From the NCBI GenBank assembly GCA_017411385.1, contig JAFQQF010000026.1, positions 68,299 to 132,298 on the forward strand: DNA of 64,000 nt, read 5' to 3'. The position numbers and the translations under genes are program-made. A model generated the notes under the pieces. The model ran no database searches and had not been told where the DNA came from. It was given only the letters and a program-made list of their open reading frames with translations. Shown piece by piece: positions 19,887 through 30,736 of the stretch. Source of the stretch: Ruminococcus sp. (GTDB lineage Bacteria; Bacillota; Clostridia; Oscillospirales; Acutalibacteraceae). How positions within the stretch are numbered: position 1 is the first letter of the stretch; each line of letters opens with the position of its first letter.

Positions 19887-21869
19887 TTATTGAGCCTCAC
19901 CGGGTGTCATTGTAGGTTCAACCTGCTCCAAGCCGGTATCAACATACTCATTCTGTGCAACAACCTCATAGGTTTTTTCTGTGAAATTAACACGGTATTC
20001 TCTGTAAAGCTGGTCATCAAGCAAAACACGAACGGTCGTGTAATCTCTGCCTGTAACGCTAAAATTGTGAGTTGCCACACCGGGGTACACGGTTACCGTT
20101 TGAGGAGATACTCCTTCTACAGCAACTGTAAACTGCATTGAATGAGTGATATTCTGAGGCAGGTCAACAGAAATTGTAACTGAGTTTTCGGGTGAAAGTG
20201 CACTTACGTAAATTGTAACAGCTGAGCCGGATTTAAGCTCACCACCTAAGGGTGACTGCGTAACTACGGTATCCTTAGCCTTAGTGCTTTCAATCGGTTC
20301 AACTATACATTCAAATCCTAGGCTCTCAATTTTTGTTATAGCATCAGCCTTTGTATAACCGATTGTATTGGGAACACTCACCTTGCGGGAGTCAGCCTCA
20401 CCTGCTGCAACATAAAGATAGATGGTTTCATTGAGAGAAACCACAGAACCCTGCTGAGGATAAGAACGAACTACAGAATCATCCTCCGCACTTGAATCTG
20501 AAACCTTGATAACCTCGATTCGATAAAAGCCTTCTTGGTTAAGAGTGGCCATAGCAGAAGCAATATTTGTACCGTAAATCGCAGGTATAGATTGGTCACT
20601 CTGTGCACTATTCACGGAAAGTGTAATTGAGCCGTTTGCTTTGATTTTTTTAGAGCCTGCTTTAGGCTGCTGATCAAGAATTATGCCAAGCTCATGCTCT
20701 TCACTATATACATAATCATATTCAAACCTAAACTGATAGTCGGTGTTCTCATTAATTTCCTGAACGGTCTTACCCACAAAGTTCGGAACCTCCACATCAG
20801 GAGCCTCTGTAATCTGACTGTTGCGGAATGCACCTAAAGGAATACAAACAATCAGAGAAATGCAAAGAGCGATAAGTATTCCAACTATTATCGGTACGGT
20901 CAAGCTATGACGTACCTTTTCATCTTCGCTGGGCTTGTTGCTCTGAGCAAACTCTTCTGCTCTGTGACTCTTACCTTTTGACACAGCATCTACATACTTA
21001 GTAGGCTGCTTATCGTAAAGATATTTATACTCAAAACGAACAGAAGGATTCATTCTGAAACGTTCGATATCATCAAGCATATCCTGTGCTGACTGATAGC
21101 GGTCACCGGGCTGCTTTTGCATAGCCTTAAGAGTAATCTCCTCAATACCTTCAGGAATTGAGGGGTTTAGTGTACGGGGAGTATCGGGAACAACCTGAAG
21201 ATGCATCAAAGCTACAGACACAGCATTATCGCCGTCAAAGGGAAGCTTTCCTGTGAGCATCTCGTACATCATAACACCGATTGAGTAAATATCGGTTTTG
21301 CCGTCTGTTATATCACCCTTTGCTTGTTCAGGGGCAATATAATGAACAGAACCGATTGCCTGCTCTGTCATAGTTCTTGTGGAATTTGAAAATCTTGCGA
21401 TACCGAAATCAGTAACCTTGATAGTACCGTCAGAAAGAAGCATCATATTCTGAGGCTTGATGTCACGGTGAACAACACCCTTGCTGTGTGCGTGAGAAAG
21501 TGCCTTAAGAATCTGGGTTACAAGGTGAACAGTTTCCTTCCAAGTGAGAACCTTTTGCTGATTGATATACTCTTTAAGAGTTATGCCGTCAATATATTCC
21601 ATAACGATATACTGAATCATATCTCCGAAGCTGACATCATAAACCTTCACAATATTGGGATGTGAAAGCACAGCAATAGCCTTGGATTCATTTTTGAATC
21701 TGCGGATAAACTCCTCGTTGTTCAGGTATTCATCTTTTAATATCTTTATAGCAACCTCACGGTCGTCTATTGTATCATAACAGCGATAAACGTTAGCCAT
21801 ACCGCCGATACCGATTAGCTCACGGATTTCATATCTGCCGTCAAGCTTTTTTCCTACGTATTTATCCAT
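19887..21869 (-). CDS. pknB: Stk1/PknB PASTA-domain Ser/Thr kinase
   Basis: GIGGMANV, VAIK, HRDIKPQN, DFG, APE all intact; TM helix; three PASTA repeats. Confidence 0.96.
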   Translation of the reverse strand: MDKYVGKKLDGRYEIRELIGIGGMANVYRCYDTIDDREVAIKILKDEYLNNEEFIRRFKNESKAIAVLSHPNIVKVYDVSFGDMIQYIVMEYIDGITLKEYINQQKVLTWKETVHLVTQILKALSHAHSKGVVHRDIKPQNMMLLSDGTIKVTDFGIARFSNSTRTMTEQAIGSVHYIAPEQAKGDITDGKTDIYSIGVMMYEMLTGKLPFDGDNAVSVALMHLQVVPDTPRTLNPSIPEGIEEITLKAMQKQPGDRYQSAQDMLDDIERFRMNPSVRFEYKYLYDKQPTKYVDAVSKGKSHRAEEFAQSNKPSEDEKVRHSLTVPIIVGILIALCISLIVCIPLGAFRNSQITEAPDVEVPNFVGKTVQEINENTDYQFRFEYDYVYSEEHELGIILDQQPKAGSKKIKANGSITLSVNSAQSDQSIPAIYGTNIASAMATLNQEGFYRIEVIKVSDSSAEDDSVVRSYPQQGSVVSLNETIYLYVAAGEADSRKVSVPNTIGYTKADAITKIESLGFECIVEPIESTKAKDTVVTQSPLGGELKSGSAVTIYVSALSPENSVTISVDLPQNITHSMQFTVAVEGVSPQTVTVYPGVATHNFSVTGRDYTTVRVLLDDQLYREYRVNFTEKTYEVVAQNEYVDTGLEQVEPTMTPGEAQ

Positions 21870-21882
21870 TTGCTACACCTCC

Positions 21883-22608
21883 TCAATAAATAACAGTTAC
21901 AGTAATATTGTCTGTTCCGCCGCCTTCTTTGGCTTTATCCACAAGCTTGTTTGTCATATCCTCACCACGATTTTCGTGGACAAGCTTTACTATATCGCCG
22001 GTGCTTACGCAGTTTGTCAGACCGTCTGTGCATATTAGCAAAACATCACCATAAGTAAAATTAGCTTCGATGTAATCAATAGTAACCTCGGGGCGGATAC
22101 CCAGAGCACGTGTAATTATGTTTTTATTGGGATGCTTCATAGCTTCCTCAGGGGTGATTTCACCGCGTCTTACCATTTCCTGAACGATGGAGTGGTCTTC
22201 GGTGAGCTGTTTAATCTTACCGCCGCGAATAGCATAGGTACGGCTGTCACCAACGTGAACCACGTGTATTGTGCGGTCTTTTACAAAAACAAACTCACAG
22301 GTTGTGCCCATTCCCTCCAGCTCAGGGTTGGAAATAGACAAATCAAAAACGTGAGCATTTGCACGCTGAACAATATCTGTAAGCAGGGTTACAAGCTGTT
22401 CTTTAGAAAGCTTTTCATCGTAAAGCTCAGATATCTGCTCACTGATAACATCAACAGCCGCGGCAGAAGCAACGTTGCCACCGTTGGCTCCGCCCATACC
22501 GTCACAAACTACAGCCCACGCACAAGAGGGCGAGAAAACTCCGAAGCGACAGTCATCTTGATTTGATGTTCTTACTAAACCTATATCACTTTTGCTGAAA
22601 ACTTCCAA
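21883..22608 (-). CDS. stp: Stp1/PrpC PP2C-family Ser/Thr phosphatase
   Basis: VCDGMGG, HVGDSR, LTEDHS, CTDGL, GGTDNIT. Confidence 0.95.
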   Translation of the reverse strand: MEVFSKSDIGLVRTSNQDDCRFGVFSPSCAWAVVCDGMGGANGGNVASAAAVDVISEQISELYDEKLSKEQLVTLLTDIVQRANAHVFDLSISNPELEGMGTTCEFVFVKDRTIHVVHVGDSRTYAIRGGKIKQLTEDHSIVQEMVRRGEITPEEAMKHPNKNIITRALGIRPEVTIDYIEANFTYGDVLLICTDGLTNCVSTGDIVKLVHENRGEDMTNKLVDKAKEGGGTDNITVTVIY

Positions 22609-22609
22609 G

Positions 22610-23656
22610 TTATACTCCTCCTTTGTTTTTAAGATTCTTACCTCTCAACTGTCCGCAGGAAGCGTTAATATCACTGCCTAAAGTACGGCGTACAGTTGCG
22701 TTTACATTATATTTTGAGAGAACGTTTACAAAAGCTGTAAGACGCTTATCTTTACTAGGATTATAGCCTGTTCCCTCCACAGGGTTCACAGGTATCAGGT
22801 TGACGTGGCAAAGGGTGCCCTTTATCTGCTGAGCCAAAAGATGTGCACACTCATCGCTGTCGTTAACCCCTGAAATCATTGCGTACTCGTATGTAATACG
22901 TCTGCCTGTGTTATCTGCATAATATCTGCAGGCTTTAAAAACCTCTTCAAGAGGATATTTTTTATTGACAGGCATAGTTTTTGAGCGAATTTCGTTGGTT
23001 GGTGCGTGAAGTGATAAGGCCAAGGTTACAGGAAGTTTAAGGTCTGCAAGCTCATAAATTTTCGGCACCAATCCGCAGGTGGAAAGCGTAATGTGACGGG
23101 TGCTTAAGTTAAGACCTTTTTCGTCACTTGCAAGACGGATAAAACGGACAACGTTATCAAAATTGTCCAGAGGCTCACCCATTCCCATCAGAACAACATT
23201 GGAAATTCGGATTGTTAAATCCTTTTGTGCTGTATAAATCTGACTGAGTATCTCGCCTGCTGTAAGGTTGCGGGTAAAACCGCCCTTTCCTGTAGCACAG
23301 AAGGTACAACCCATTTTGCACCCTACCTGAGTAGAAATGCACATTGAATAGCCGTGGTGATAATCCATAACAACAGCTTCAACATACTCTCCGTCAGGAA
23401 ATGAATACAAATATTTTATTGTATTATCATACCTTGAAACAAGCTTTTTTTCAATATTTGCAACAGAAATGTAACATATTGAAGAAAGGTCTGAGATGAG
23501 TGCTTTGGGGATATTTGTCATCTCTTCGAAGCTTTCAACGTGTTTTTGATGCAACCATGAATAAATTTGATTTGCTCGGAATCTTTGGTGACCTCTTTGA
23601 GTCAAAAGCTCTTCAAGCTCGGTTATGTTCAAAGATTTAATGTCTGTAAGGCTCAT
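22610..23656 (-). CDS. rlmN: 23S rRNA m2A2503 / tRNA methyltransferase
   Basis: CISTQVGCKMGCTFC radical-SAM motif, MGMGEP, ASCGQL. Confidence 0.97.
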   Translation of the reverse strand: MSLTDIKSLNITELEELLTQRGHQRFRANQIYSWLHQKHVESFEEMTNIPKALISDLSSICYISVANIEKKLVSRYDNTIKYLYSFPDGEYVEAVVMDYHHGYSMCISTQVGCKMGCTFCATGKGGFTRNLTAGEILSQIYTAQKDLTIRISNVVLMGMGEPLDNFDNVVRFIRLASDEKGLNLSTRHITLSTCGLVPKIYELADLKLPVTLALSLHAPTNEIRSKTMPVNKKYPLEEVFKACRYYADNTGRRITYEYAMISGVNDSDECAHLLAQQIKGTLCHVNLIPVNPVEGTGYNPSKDKRLTAFVNVLSKYNVNATVRRTLGSDINASCGQLRGKNLKNKGGV

Positions 23657-24987
23657 AAGCTTCTCCTTTCCATAGTAGCTATGAAGAAGCCGTCAGTGCC
23701 ACTTTGTGCTGGAAACAGTGTGAGCATATTGGTCTTTTCAGAGATTTTTCTAAGAACACCTGAAGGCAGTTCAATTTCTTTTGCAACAAAATTCGGATGC
23801 TCTGATAGGAACTTATCCACAATCTCGTTATTCTCTTCTGGATTCAGAGTACAAGTAGAATAAACTAAGGTACCGCCCAATTTAACCAATTTAGCAGAGT
23901 TTTCAAGGATACTGTATTGAAGCGGTGGCAAGGAGGTATAGTCTGCTTCCTTGTTATATCGTATTTCGGGCTTGCGGCGAAGTATGCCAAAACCGCTGCA
24001 GGGCACATCGCAAAGCACAACGTCTGCCTCTTTTGTAATCTCTTTATCCTCTGCAGCATCTCTAACTGATGCATTGATTATTGTGATACCAAGGCGTTTT
24101 GCACCTGAGTTTATAAGCTTTATTTTATGTGGGTGCAGGTCAAAAGAATATACCTCACCCTTGTTTTCCATATTTATTGCCATTGCAAAGGACTTGCCGC
24201 CGGGTGCACTGCACACATCATATACCCTGTCCCCTGCTTTTGGGTTCGCAATCAAAGCACAGACTGCCGAGGCTGTATCCTGAACAAAAAACTCACCTAA
24301 TTCATAGGCTCTGAGCTTATCAACTGCACCTGTATTTGTAACAGAGAGCATATTCTCTATCTGTGTTTTTTTAGCAGTTACACCTTCTTCACTCAGATTA
24401 TCAATCAGAGTGTCTGAATCTGTAAGAAGTGTGTTCACATGAATTGTCAGAGGCGGTCTGCCTGAAAGTGCATCGAGTACAGAAACAGTTATTTCCTCAC
24501 CATAAGAAGTAAGCCAGAGCTTTACCAGATACTCGGGACAGGAGTGTTTTACGGAAAGATACTTTACCTTGTCACTTTCATCAGGCATAGGCAAGCTACC
24601 CTCTGCACGAATTACTGAGCGGAGCATTCCGTTTATAAACCCTGAGGACTTGAAAAGCTTTTTCTTTTTGGCAAGGTTAACACTTTCGTTAACTGCAGCA
24701 CTAGGAGGCACCTTATCCATATAAAGTATCTGATACAAGCCCATCCGAAGTATAATAAGAGTTGAAGGCTCAATTTTACGAAAAGGTACTGAGGACAGTT
24801 TGCGGATAATGAAATCCAGAGTAATGAGTCTTTCGAGAACACCATATACAAGGGCAGTACAAAAAGCACTGTCCAGCCTGCTTAAGTTATTCTCTTTTAC
24901 TGCATTATCAAGTGCCAGATTTGAATATGCATCTTCAACAAGAACCTTTTTGAGCACATCAAAGGCAACTTCTCTGGAATTTTTCAT
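23653..24987 (-). CDS. rsmB: 16S rRNA m5C967 methyltransferase
   Basis: NusB-like N-terminus, DVCSAPGGK, DVPCSGFG, YSTCT, DGFF. Confidence 0.95.
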   Translation of the reverse strand: MKNSREVAFDVLKKVLVEDAYSNLALDNAVKENNLSRLDSAFCTALVYGVLERLITLDFIIRKLSSVPFRKIEPSTLIILRMGLYQILYMDKVPPSAAVNESVNLAKKKKLFKSSGFINGMLRSVIRAEGSLPMPDESDKVKYLSVKHSCPEYLVKLWLTSYGEEITVSVLDALSGRPPLTIHVNTLLTDSDTLIDNLSEEGVTAKKTQIENMLSVTNTGAVDKLRAYELGEFFVQDTASAVCALIANPKAGDRVYDVCSAPGGKSFAMAINMENKGEVYSFDLHPHKIKLINSGAKRLGITIINASVRDAAEDKEITKEADVVLCDVPCSGFGILRRKPEIRYNKEADYTSLPPLQYSILENSAKLVKLGGTLVYSTCTLNPEENNEIVDKFLSEHPNFVAKEIELPSGVLRKISEKTNMLTLFPAQSGTDGFFIATMERRSL

Positions 24988-25012
24988 TATAATCTCCGTA
25001 AAAAATCAAGGT

Positions 25013-25744
25013 TTATCTGCGACGTTTTGCAATTGAAATTACACGCAGAAGCTGTAAAAGCGCTGTTAAAGCCGCGGCAACATAAGTAAGTGCCGCCGCT
25101 GTGAGGGTTTGCTTTGCACCCTGATACTGTTCACCTGTGAGAAGCTGTGCATCTTTAATAACATTCAAAGCACGCTTAGATGCATTGAACTCGACAGGCA
25201 GAGTGACAAGTGTAAAAAGAAGTGATGTGCTGTAAAGGATAATACCGACTAAAAGCACAATTCCGCCCAGTTCATAGGTTACTGATGTTGTATCGACTGT
25301 GCCGTAGTACAGGTAATAGCCAGACATTGCAAAACCGATTAGTATCAGAATCCAGCCGATTCTGGAGCCGAAATTGGTTACAGGCACCAAAGCACCTCTG
25401 ATTTTATTGGGCAGGTAGCCTTCGGCATGCTGTACGGCATGACCTGCCTCATGAGCGGCAATACCTACCGCAGCAATTGTTGTTGCATTAAATACACCCT
25501 CTGAAAGGTATATAGTGTTGTTGCGAGGGTCGAAATGGTCGGTAAGCTTACCGCTCACAGGTACAACATTAACACCTGTTACATTGTTAGCCATAAGCAC
25601 CTGACGAGCCGCGTCGGCACCCGTCATACCTCGCATATTCTGAATTTTTGAGTTTTTGCTGTAGGCAGAGTTAACCATTGCCTGAGCAATTAAAGAAATT
25701 ATAAGTGCAGGAAGCATCCACATCAAATATGATAAATACCCCAT
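25013..25744 (-). CDS. Membrane zinc metallopeptidase (YugP-like)
   Basis: LTDHFDP, AAHEAGHAVQ (HExxH), LPVEFNASKRA, AALTYVAA. Confidence 0.9.
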   Translation of the reverse strand: MGYLSYLMWMLPALIISLIAQAMVNSAYSKNSKIQNMRGMTGADAARQVLMANNVTGVNVVPVSGKLTDHFDPRNNTIYLSEGVFNATTIAAVGIAAHEAGHAVQHAEGYLPNKIRGALVPVTNFGSRIGWILILIGFAMSGYYLYYGTVDTTSVTYELGGIVLLVGIILYSTSLLFTLVTLPVEFNASKRALNVIKDAQLLTGEQYQGAKQTLTAAALTYVAAALTALLQLLRVISIAKRRR

Positions 25745-25763
25745 ACCGATACCTCTTTATAGA

Positions 25764-26684
25764 TTATTTTCCGAAATAGTTTGTGCTGTCCAGTCTGTGT
25801 CCCATAAGAAAAGCCTTTGAGTCCATTGGCTTTTTGCCCTCGGGCTGAAGTGTGAGGATTTCAACTGCACCTTCACCGCAGGCAACCGTCAGAGGATTTA
25901 CTGATACCACCTGACCCGGCTTACCTGAAATTGAAGATTTACGGGTAGTGATTATCTTAACTCGCTTACCGTCAAGGGTTGTCAGCGCCATCGGCCAAGG
26001 GTTAAGCCCTCTTACAAGATTGTGGACCTCTTGTGCAGGTTTGCTCCAATCAATGACACACATTGACTTATCCAACATTGAAGCATAGGTTGCTTCAGTT
26101 TCATCCTGAGGAATACGCTCTGCTTTTCCGCTTGCAAGCAAATCGAGGGTTTCGCTGAGCAAAGCCGCACCTGAAACAGCAAGACGGTCAAAAAGCTCAC
26201 CTGAGGTTTCGTTCTCGCCGACCTCGGTTTCGTATTTTAGTATCATATCTCCTGTGTCCAGACCCTCGTTCATATACATTGTGGTGGCACCGCCAACCTT
26301 ATCACCGTTTAGAACAGTCCATTGGATGGGAGCAGCACCGCGGTATTTGGGCAGTAATGAGCCGTGAAGGTTGATACAGCCTAAGTGAGGAATCTCTAGA
26401 ACCTCCTTTGGCAAAAGCTTTCCGTATGCTACAACCACTATTACATCGGGGTTGAGAGCTTTGATTTGTTCAACAACAGCTTCATCACGAAGCGTTGCAG
26501 GCTGATAAACGGTGAGTCCCTTACTCTCGGCAAAAACCTTTACTTCGGGAGGAGTCATCACCATTTTTCTGCCACGGGGCATATCAACCTTTGTAAAGAC
26601 AGCAGAAATATTATGCCCATCATTTATGAGTCTATCAAGACTTGCTACTGCAAAATCGGGAGTTCCCATAAAAACTATGTTCAT
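25764..26684 (-). CDS. fmt: Methionyl-tRNA formyltransferase
   Basis: FMGTPDFA, NLHGSLLPKYRGAAPIQ, GLDTGD. Confidence 0.97.
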   Translation of the reverse strand: MNIVFMGTPDFAVASLDRLINDGHNISAVFTKVDMPRGRKMVMTPPEVKVFAESKGLTVYQPATLRDEAVVEQIKALNPDVIVVVAYGKLLPKEVLEIPHLGCINLHGSLLPKYRGAAPIQWTVLNGDKVGGATTMYMNEGLDTGDMILKYETEVGENETSGELFDRLAVSGAALLSETLDLLASGKAERIPQDETEATYASMLDKSMCVIDWSKPAQEVHNLVRGLNPWPMALTTLDGKRVKIITTRKSSISGKPGQVVSVNPLTVACGEGAVEILTLQPEGKKPMDSKAFLMGHRLDSTNYFGK

Positions 26685-26698
26685 AGGTAGTCCTCCTA

Positions 26699-27166
26699 TC
26701 AATCACCGATTTCTTCAGGGGTCAGCATACGCACTACATTATCCTTGAAAAGAACACCGTCGAGATGGTCTGTTTCGTGGCAGAAAGCACGTGCAAGAAG
26801 TCCTTCGCCCTCGTAGGAAACCTCGTTTCCAAATCGGTCAAAAGCTTCTACCTTAACTCGCATAGGTCGCTTTGTTATGCCATATTCACCGGGAGAGGAA
26901 AGACAACCCTCAACCTCCTCCTGATTACCTGATTTTTCTACAATCTCGGGATTTACAAGCTCAATAAGCCCTTCACCCACATCAATTACTACTACTCGGC
27001 GAAGCACTCCCACCTGATTTGCGGCAAGTCCTACACCGTTTGTGGCATACATAGTTTCCGCCATATCATCCAAAAGAGTATGCAGACGTTTATTAAATTC
27101 TATTACAGGACGAGCCTGCTTACGCAGTACGTCGTCACCTTCCTTAACAACATTTCTAATTGCCAT
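26699..27166 (-). CDS. def: Peptide deformylase
   Basis: GVGLAANQVG, EGCLS, HETDHLDG. Confidence 0.97.
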   Translation of the reverse strand: MAIRNVVKEGDDVLRKQARPVIEFNKRLHTLLDDMAETMYATNGVGLAANQVGVLRRVVVIDVGEGLIELVNPEIVEKSGNQEEVEGCLSSPGEYGITKRPMRVKVEAFDRFGNEVSYEGEGLLARAFCHETDHLDGVLFKDNVVRMLTPEEIGD

Positions 27167-27192
27167 ATATTTACCTCCTGTCAGGTGTAGCA

Positions 27193-29634
27193 TCAGAAAT
27201 TCAGAGGTTTCAAATCAACATACACCGTGACATCCTGAAAAGCCTTATCCTTGCCAAACTCACACAGAAGCTTTGACATAAGCTCCCGAAGTCGTGCACA
27301 GTTTCGGCTTTTTATTATTATTTTATATCTGTATTTATTATTTACCTTTGAAACAAGCGCAGGCGAAGGACCGAGTGCACGAATAGGCACATCCGCAAAC
27401 TCTTCCTTGCAAAGCTCTTTGAGTCTTGTGATAAAGGCATTTGAGCAGGTTATGGTCTTAGCCTTATTCTCACCCAGAAAGCCCACTAAAAGTAAATCTG
27501 CAAAAGGCGGATACATCATAGCCCTGCGGATTTCTATTTCGTCCTCATAAAACTCATCATAGCTTTGCCTTGACGACAGTTCAATTATTGGGTTTTCAGG
27601 GGTATAGGTCTGGATAATCGCTCTGCCCTTTTCCTCACCTCTGCCACTCCTGCCTACCACCTGAGTAAGCATAGAAAAGGCACGTTCGAAGCTTCGGTAA
27701 TCATCGCTGTAAAGCATCTGGTCTGCAGAAAGCACACCAACCAGAGTAACTTCGGGGAAATCCAGCCCCTTTGCTACCATCTGTGTACCCACAAGAATGT
27801 CGTACTCTCCCCTTGCAAATGCCGAAATCAGTTTTTCATGGGCATTCTTATGCATTACAGCATCAGCATCCATTCTGAGAATTCTGGCATTTGGGAAAAG
27901 CTCAGCCAAGGTTTCCTCAGCACGCTGAGTACCTGTACCACAAAACTGAATGTGTTTTTCGTGACAATTGGGACATTCCTCTGAAAGAGTCTGAGAATAT
28001 CCGCAATAGTGACACATCAGCCTGTTGTTTGCCTGATGATAAGTCAAAGATATCGAGCAGTTCGGGCAAGCAAGAGCTTCCTTACAACTGCGACAAACCG
28101 CAAAAGTATTGTATCCCCTGCGATTAAGCAGAAGTATTGACTGCTTACCAGAATTCAAGTTATCCTCAATTCCCTGCAAAAGAGCAGAGGATATACCTGT
28201 TGTATTTCCTGCCGATACCTCCTCATTCATATCAATGGTAAGAACCTGAGGAAGCTGTGCACTTCCAAAGCGATTCTTCAGAGTAAAAAGAGAATATCTG
28301 CCTGCATTTGCATAATAGTAGCTCTCTACATCGGGAGTTGCCGAAGCAAGCAACAGCATACAGTTATTGTGATTGCAACGGAACTTTGCTATATCACGGG
28401 CGTGGAAACGAGGTTTGTTTTCGGATTTATAGGTATGCTCCTGTTCCTCATCCATAATAATAAGTCCAAGGTTATTAAATGGAGCAAATACCGCACTGCG
28501 GGTTCCCACGGCGATTTTAGCCAATCCCTTCTGAACACGCTTGAACTCATCAAGCCGCTCACCCAAAGAGAGCCCGCTGTGAAAAATTGCAACATCCTCA
28601 CCGAATAGCCCTTTGAATTGATTTACAAGCTGAGGCGTGAGTGCAATCTCGGGTACCATTACTATAACGCCCTTGCCGTCATCTACAACTCGTTTGATAA
28701 GACTTAAGAATACCGAAGTTTTGCCTGAGCCTGTTACTCCGTAAAGCAAAGACACCGAGGGCTTACCTTCTTTGTATTTTTCACACAAGCCGTCAAAGGC
28801 ACTTTGCTGTTCCTTCGACAACACAGGAAATTCACGCTTAGTATATTCAGCTGTTTCGGGTGTACGGAAAACCTCTGCATCAAAATACTCTGCAAGCCCT
28901 TTTCTGACTACTGCATCCACAACCCCCTGAGTAACACCTGTGAAATAGCATACTTCTTTCACAGATACTTCCCCTGCGTCGCGGATAAGGTCAAAAACTG
29001 CCTGCTGTTTGTCTGTGAGAGTGCAAGAAAGCTCCTGTGCATCCTCGCAAAGACGAAGCATTTTGACAGACTTATCCCCAATTTTACGGCTTGCATCGTC
29101 GGATTTTGTGAGATAGCCTTCCCGAACAAGTCGCTCAAAAGGGGCAAAGCTCTCAAGTCCGAAAACACTCATAAGCTGTTCTCTTCTTACAGGCTCCTTA
29201 GAGCTGAGAAGGTAATCGTAAATACGCTTATCTTCCTCAGACAACAAAGACGAGTCTACTTTCTGAATTGCTGAATAGACAGTAGTGATATTGTAGCTAA
29301 GTCCTAATGGAAGCATGGCTTTTACAGCCTCATAAAGAGTGCAGTAATAATGCCTGTGCATATAATCTGCAAGGCTTAGCATTTCTTTTGAGAGTACAGG
29401 CTCTTTATCCAGTACCGAGGATATATATTTTAATCCTGTATTGTCACCCTCTTTAAGATACATAACCACACCCTGACGGCTTCGGTTACCCCTTGCAAAA
29501 GGGACATTGACCCTGCAACCGGCTTTGATAACAGAGCTGTCCTGTGCCTTTACAGCATAGTCAAAAGTTTTATCGAAGTGATAAACCGTACCCTCGACTG
29601 CAACACCTGCAATGAGAGTGTTATCACTCTTCAT
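27193..29634 (-). CDS. priA: Primosomal protein N' (replication restart helicase)
   Basis: GVTGSGKT, VPEIALT, DEEQE, two CxxC pairs, GTQMVAKG, QVVGRSGR. Confidence 0.97.
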   Translation of the reverse strand: MKSDNTLIAGVAVEGTVYHFDKTFDYAVKAQDSSVIKAGCRVNVPFARGNRSRQGVVMYLKEGDNTGLKYISSVLDKEPVLSKEMLSLADYMHRHYYCTLYEAVKAMLPLGLSYNITTVYSAIQKVDSSLLSEEDKRIYDYLLSSKEPVRREQLMSVFGLESFAPFERLVREGYLTKSDDASRKIGDKSVKMLRLCEDAQELSCTLTDKQQAVFDLIRDAGEVSVKEVCYFTGVTQGVVDAVVRKGLAEYFDAEVFRTPETAEYTKREFPVLSKEQQSAFDGLCEKYKEGKPSVSLLYGVTGSGKTSVFLSLIKRVVDDGKGVIVMVPEIALTPQLVNQFKGLFGEDVAIFHSGLSLGERLDEFKRVQKGLAKIAVGTRSAVFAPFNNLGLIIMDEEQEHTYKSENKPRFHARDIAKFRCNHNNCMLLLASATPDVESYYYANAGRYSLFTLKNRFGSAQLPQVLTIDMNEEVSAGNTTGISSALLQGIEDNLNSGKQSILLLNRRGYNTFAVCRSCKEALACPNCSISLTYHQANNRLMCHYCGYSQTLSEECPNCHEKHIQFCGTGTQRAEETLAELFPNARILRMDADAVMHKNAHEKLISAFARGEYDILVGTQMVAKGLDFPEVTLVGVLSADQMLYSDDYRSFERAFSMLTQVVGRSGRGEEKGRAIIQTYTPENPIIELSSRQSYDEFYEDEIEIRRAMMYPPFADLLLVGFLGENKAKTITCSNAFITRLKELCKEEFADVPIRALGPSPALVSKVNNKYRYKIIIKSRNCARLRELMSKLLCEFGKDKAFQDVTVYVDLKPLNF

Positions 29635-29827
29635 CCTGAGGCTCTAAGATATTGAACTTGTGGTTTTTGAATTCATCAATAGCAAGAAGTACAGGCTTGT
29701 CAGCAGTAACTACGCCCTCGTCCTCAAAGCCCTGTGCGATTTCTCTTGCTCTTTTTGCTACACCGATTACCAGTGCGTAACGGCTCTCCTTACCGCTTAA
29801 CATATCGTCGATAGATGCTCTAATCAT
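29624..29827 (-). CDS. rpoZ: RNA polymerase omega subunit
   Basis: SRYALVIGVAKRAREI, KPVLLAIDE; gmk-rpoZ-priA order. Confidence 0.9.
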   Translation of the reverse strand: MIRASIDDMLSGKESRYALVIGVAKRAREIAQGFEDEGVVTADKPVLLAIDEFKNHKFNILEPQDEE

Positions 29828-29905
29828 TTTATGTTCACTCCTGTAAAATAATAATAGTTTTATATTAAGCTTTCGCTTACTGACATTAATTAATATTGTG
29901 TTCGA

Positions 29906-30484
29906 TTATTCGGAAAATTCCTTTTTGAGAATTGAAATAACCTCATTGATTGCTGCTTCAAGCTCACCGTTTATAACGTTGTATTTATAAAGAGGTGCTG
30001 ACTTGATTTCTTCACGCGCCTCTGCAACACGTTTCAAGATGGTTTCCTCATCCTCGGTGCCTCTTTTGCGAAGTCGTCTTTCAAGTTCTTCTATGCTCGG
30101 AGGCAGTATAAAGATGCTGACACACTCGGGGAATTTTCTGATTACATTTGTGCCGCCTTTGACTTCAATCTCAAGGATTACGTTAGTCCCCTGTGAAAGC
30201 ATATCCTCAACAGCTTTCTTAGGTGTGCCGTATTTGTTGCCGCAGAAGGTTTCGTTTTCAAGGAAGCCGTCTTCTTCAATCATTCTGTCGAACTCTTCGT
30301 GAGAAACAAAGAAATAATGCACACCGTGAACTTCACCGGGTCTTGGTGCACGGGTTGTGGCTGATACAGAGAATTTAAGCTCGGGGAACTCTTTGAGCAG
30401 ATGCTCCATAATGGTGCCCTTGCCTACACCGGAAGAACCTGAATATACAACAAGCTTACCTCTTTTTACTGTACCTTCACTCAT
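29906..30484 (-). CDS. gmk: Guanylate kinase
   Basis: [33 protein letters not shown]. Confidence 0.96.
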   Translation of the reverse strand: MSEGTVKRGKLVVYSGSSGVGKGTIMEHLLKEFPELKFSVSATTRAPRPGEVHGVHYFFVSHEEFDRMIEEDGFLENETFCGNKYGTPKKAVEDMLSQGTNVILEIEVKGGTNVIRKFPECVSIFILPPSIEELERRLRKRGTEDEETILKRVAEAREEIKSAPLYKYNVINGELEAAINEVISILKKEFSE

Positions 30485-30726
30485 TTTTCATCACCCTCCT
30501 CAATTCTGTTGGCAATGGTTTCGGGCGATATGGCAGAGAGAATTATATGGTCACTGTCTGTAAAAAGAACAGCTTTGCATCGTCTGCCGTATGTAGCATC
30601 CACGAGATTGCCTTTCTGCTTTGCGTCTTGAATGATTCGCTTGATAGGTGCTGAATCGGGGCTGACAACTGTTATAAGTCTGCCTGCAGCCACTACATTG
30701 CCAAAGCCGATGTTTATCAGTTTCAT
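30481..30726 (-). CDS. remA: RemA/DUF370 regulator
   Basis: [28 protein letters not shown]. Confidence 0.92.
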   Translation of the reverse strand: MKLINIGFGNVVAAGRLITVVSPDSAPIKRIIQDAKQKGNLVDATYGRRCKAVLFTDSDHIILSAISPETIANRIEEGDEK

Positions 30727-30736
30727 TGATAATTCC

